64,000 nt of DNA from Camelus dromedarius. Lineage: Eukaryota. Every line of letters begins with the position of its first letter. Position 1 is the stretch's first letter. Under the pieces are notes generated by a model. It had not been told where the DNA came from. It made no database searches and worked only from the letters and a program-made list of their open reading frames with translations. Both the position numbers and the translations under genes were made by a program. Positions 63,341-64,000 of this stretch are shown here, in pieces. The stretch lies in contig NC_087436.1 in assembly GCF_036321535.1 (NCBI RefSeq), positions 89,716,001 through 89,780,000 on the forward strand, read 5' to 3'.

Positions 63341-64000
63341 GCTTCCCAGTAAGTGCAAGAAGAGATTATAGCTGAAATGTTATACTGATGCAGTCAGCTG
63401 ACATGGCCTGGGGCATCTGGAATCCCTGGCTTATTGCCTCTGACACAAGCAGTCTCGTCAAACAATCCCAGAATATACAAAGGTGATCCTTTTCTCTGTG
63501 TATCTTGGTATGAAAATGGCTGAGAGGCATCACATCATTCTGCAGTTCCAACTTTTTTTTTTTTTAAGAGAAGGAGCTGGAGAAGCAAAATGTGGCTGCA
63601 AATATATATGAATAGATAACAAGAGAAGAGAGGGTTGTGGAGAGAGCATAATGAGAGCAGGTATACATTCCAGAGATAACAAAGACAATGGATGTCAAGT
63701 TACCAGAGAGCAACAAATATAAACTGAGTGAGCAGAGCACAGTGAGAAGTTAGCTAGACGAGTCTAGAATGAAGTGAAAAGTCTGGGATGAACATTTGCT
63801 AAGGGACCTGGTAATAGTTATAAAATCTGGAAGGGCAGGAATAAGATTTTCGCCAACCTGCAAGTAACATCAGGATCCCTAGATCCCATGTGTATATTAC
63901 TCTTCTAAGTGTTCAGTGTCCACATTAGAACCTGATTTGCTCTATTAGCTTGCCTTGCAGAGGTGTTACCACATAGGTATACAATAGAAAACCACAGACT

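Noticed and set aside
1..64000. Prokaryotic-type systems (operons, CRISPR, defence loci) or intact retroviral/transposase genes
   Set aside because: The sequence is mammalian repeat-rich DNA with no ORF above 153 aa and no regularly spaced repeats.

Overview
AT-rich, CpG-depleted mammalian non-coding DNA, most likely from a camelid (alpaca/camel lineage). The lineage call is inferred from four copies of a tRNA-derived SINE (GGGGAGGGTATAGCTCAGTGGTAGAG...; three carry the AAATAAA..CCTAAT tail) and from cetartiodactyl-type L1 3' ends. I can support no protein-coding gene, CpG island, intact tRNA/rRNA gene or CRISPR array. The supplied ORFs look like chance, low-complexity or repeat-derived frames. 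The window is a mosaic of young and old L1 fragments, L2, MIR, MaLR/ERVL LTRs (MLT1, MLT2), two ERV1-like solo LTRs, hAT MITE remnants and microsatellites, separated by unique sequence. Repeat subfamily names are recognised from memory of consensus sequences and are approximate, and boundaries of old elements are approximate. The most unusual item is a ~105-bp L1-retroposed copy of an unidentified short RNA at 2477-2581, flanked by a perfect 15-16 bp target-site duplication and loosely resembling Y4 RNA. Secondary leads are a repeat-free candidate conserved element at ~11.9-12.7 kb, a set of + strand splice signals that suggest a non-coding transcript, several motif clusters and some fold-back palindromes. 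I did not find convincing evidence of a novel multi-component biological system.
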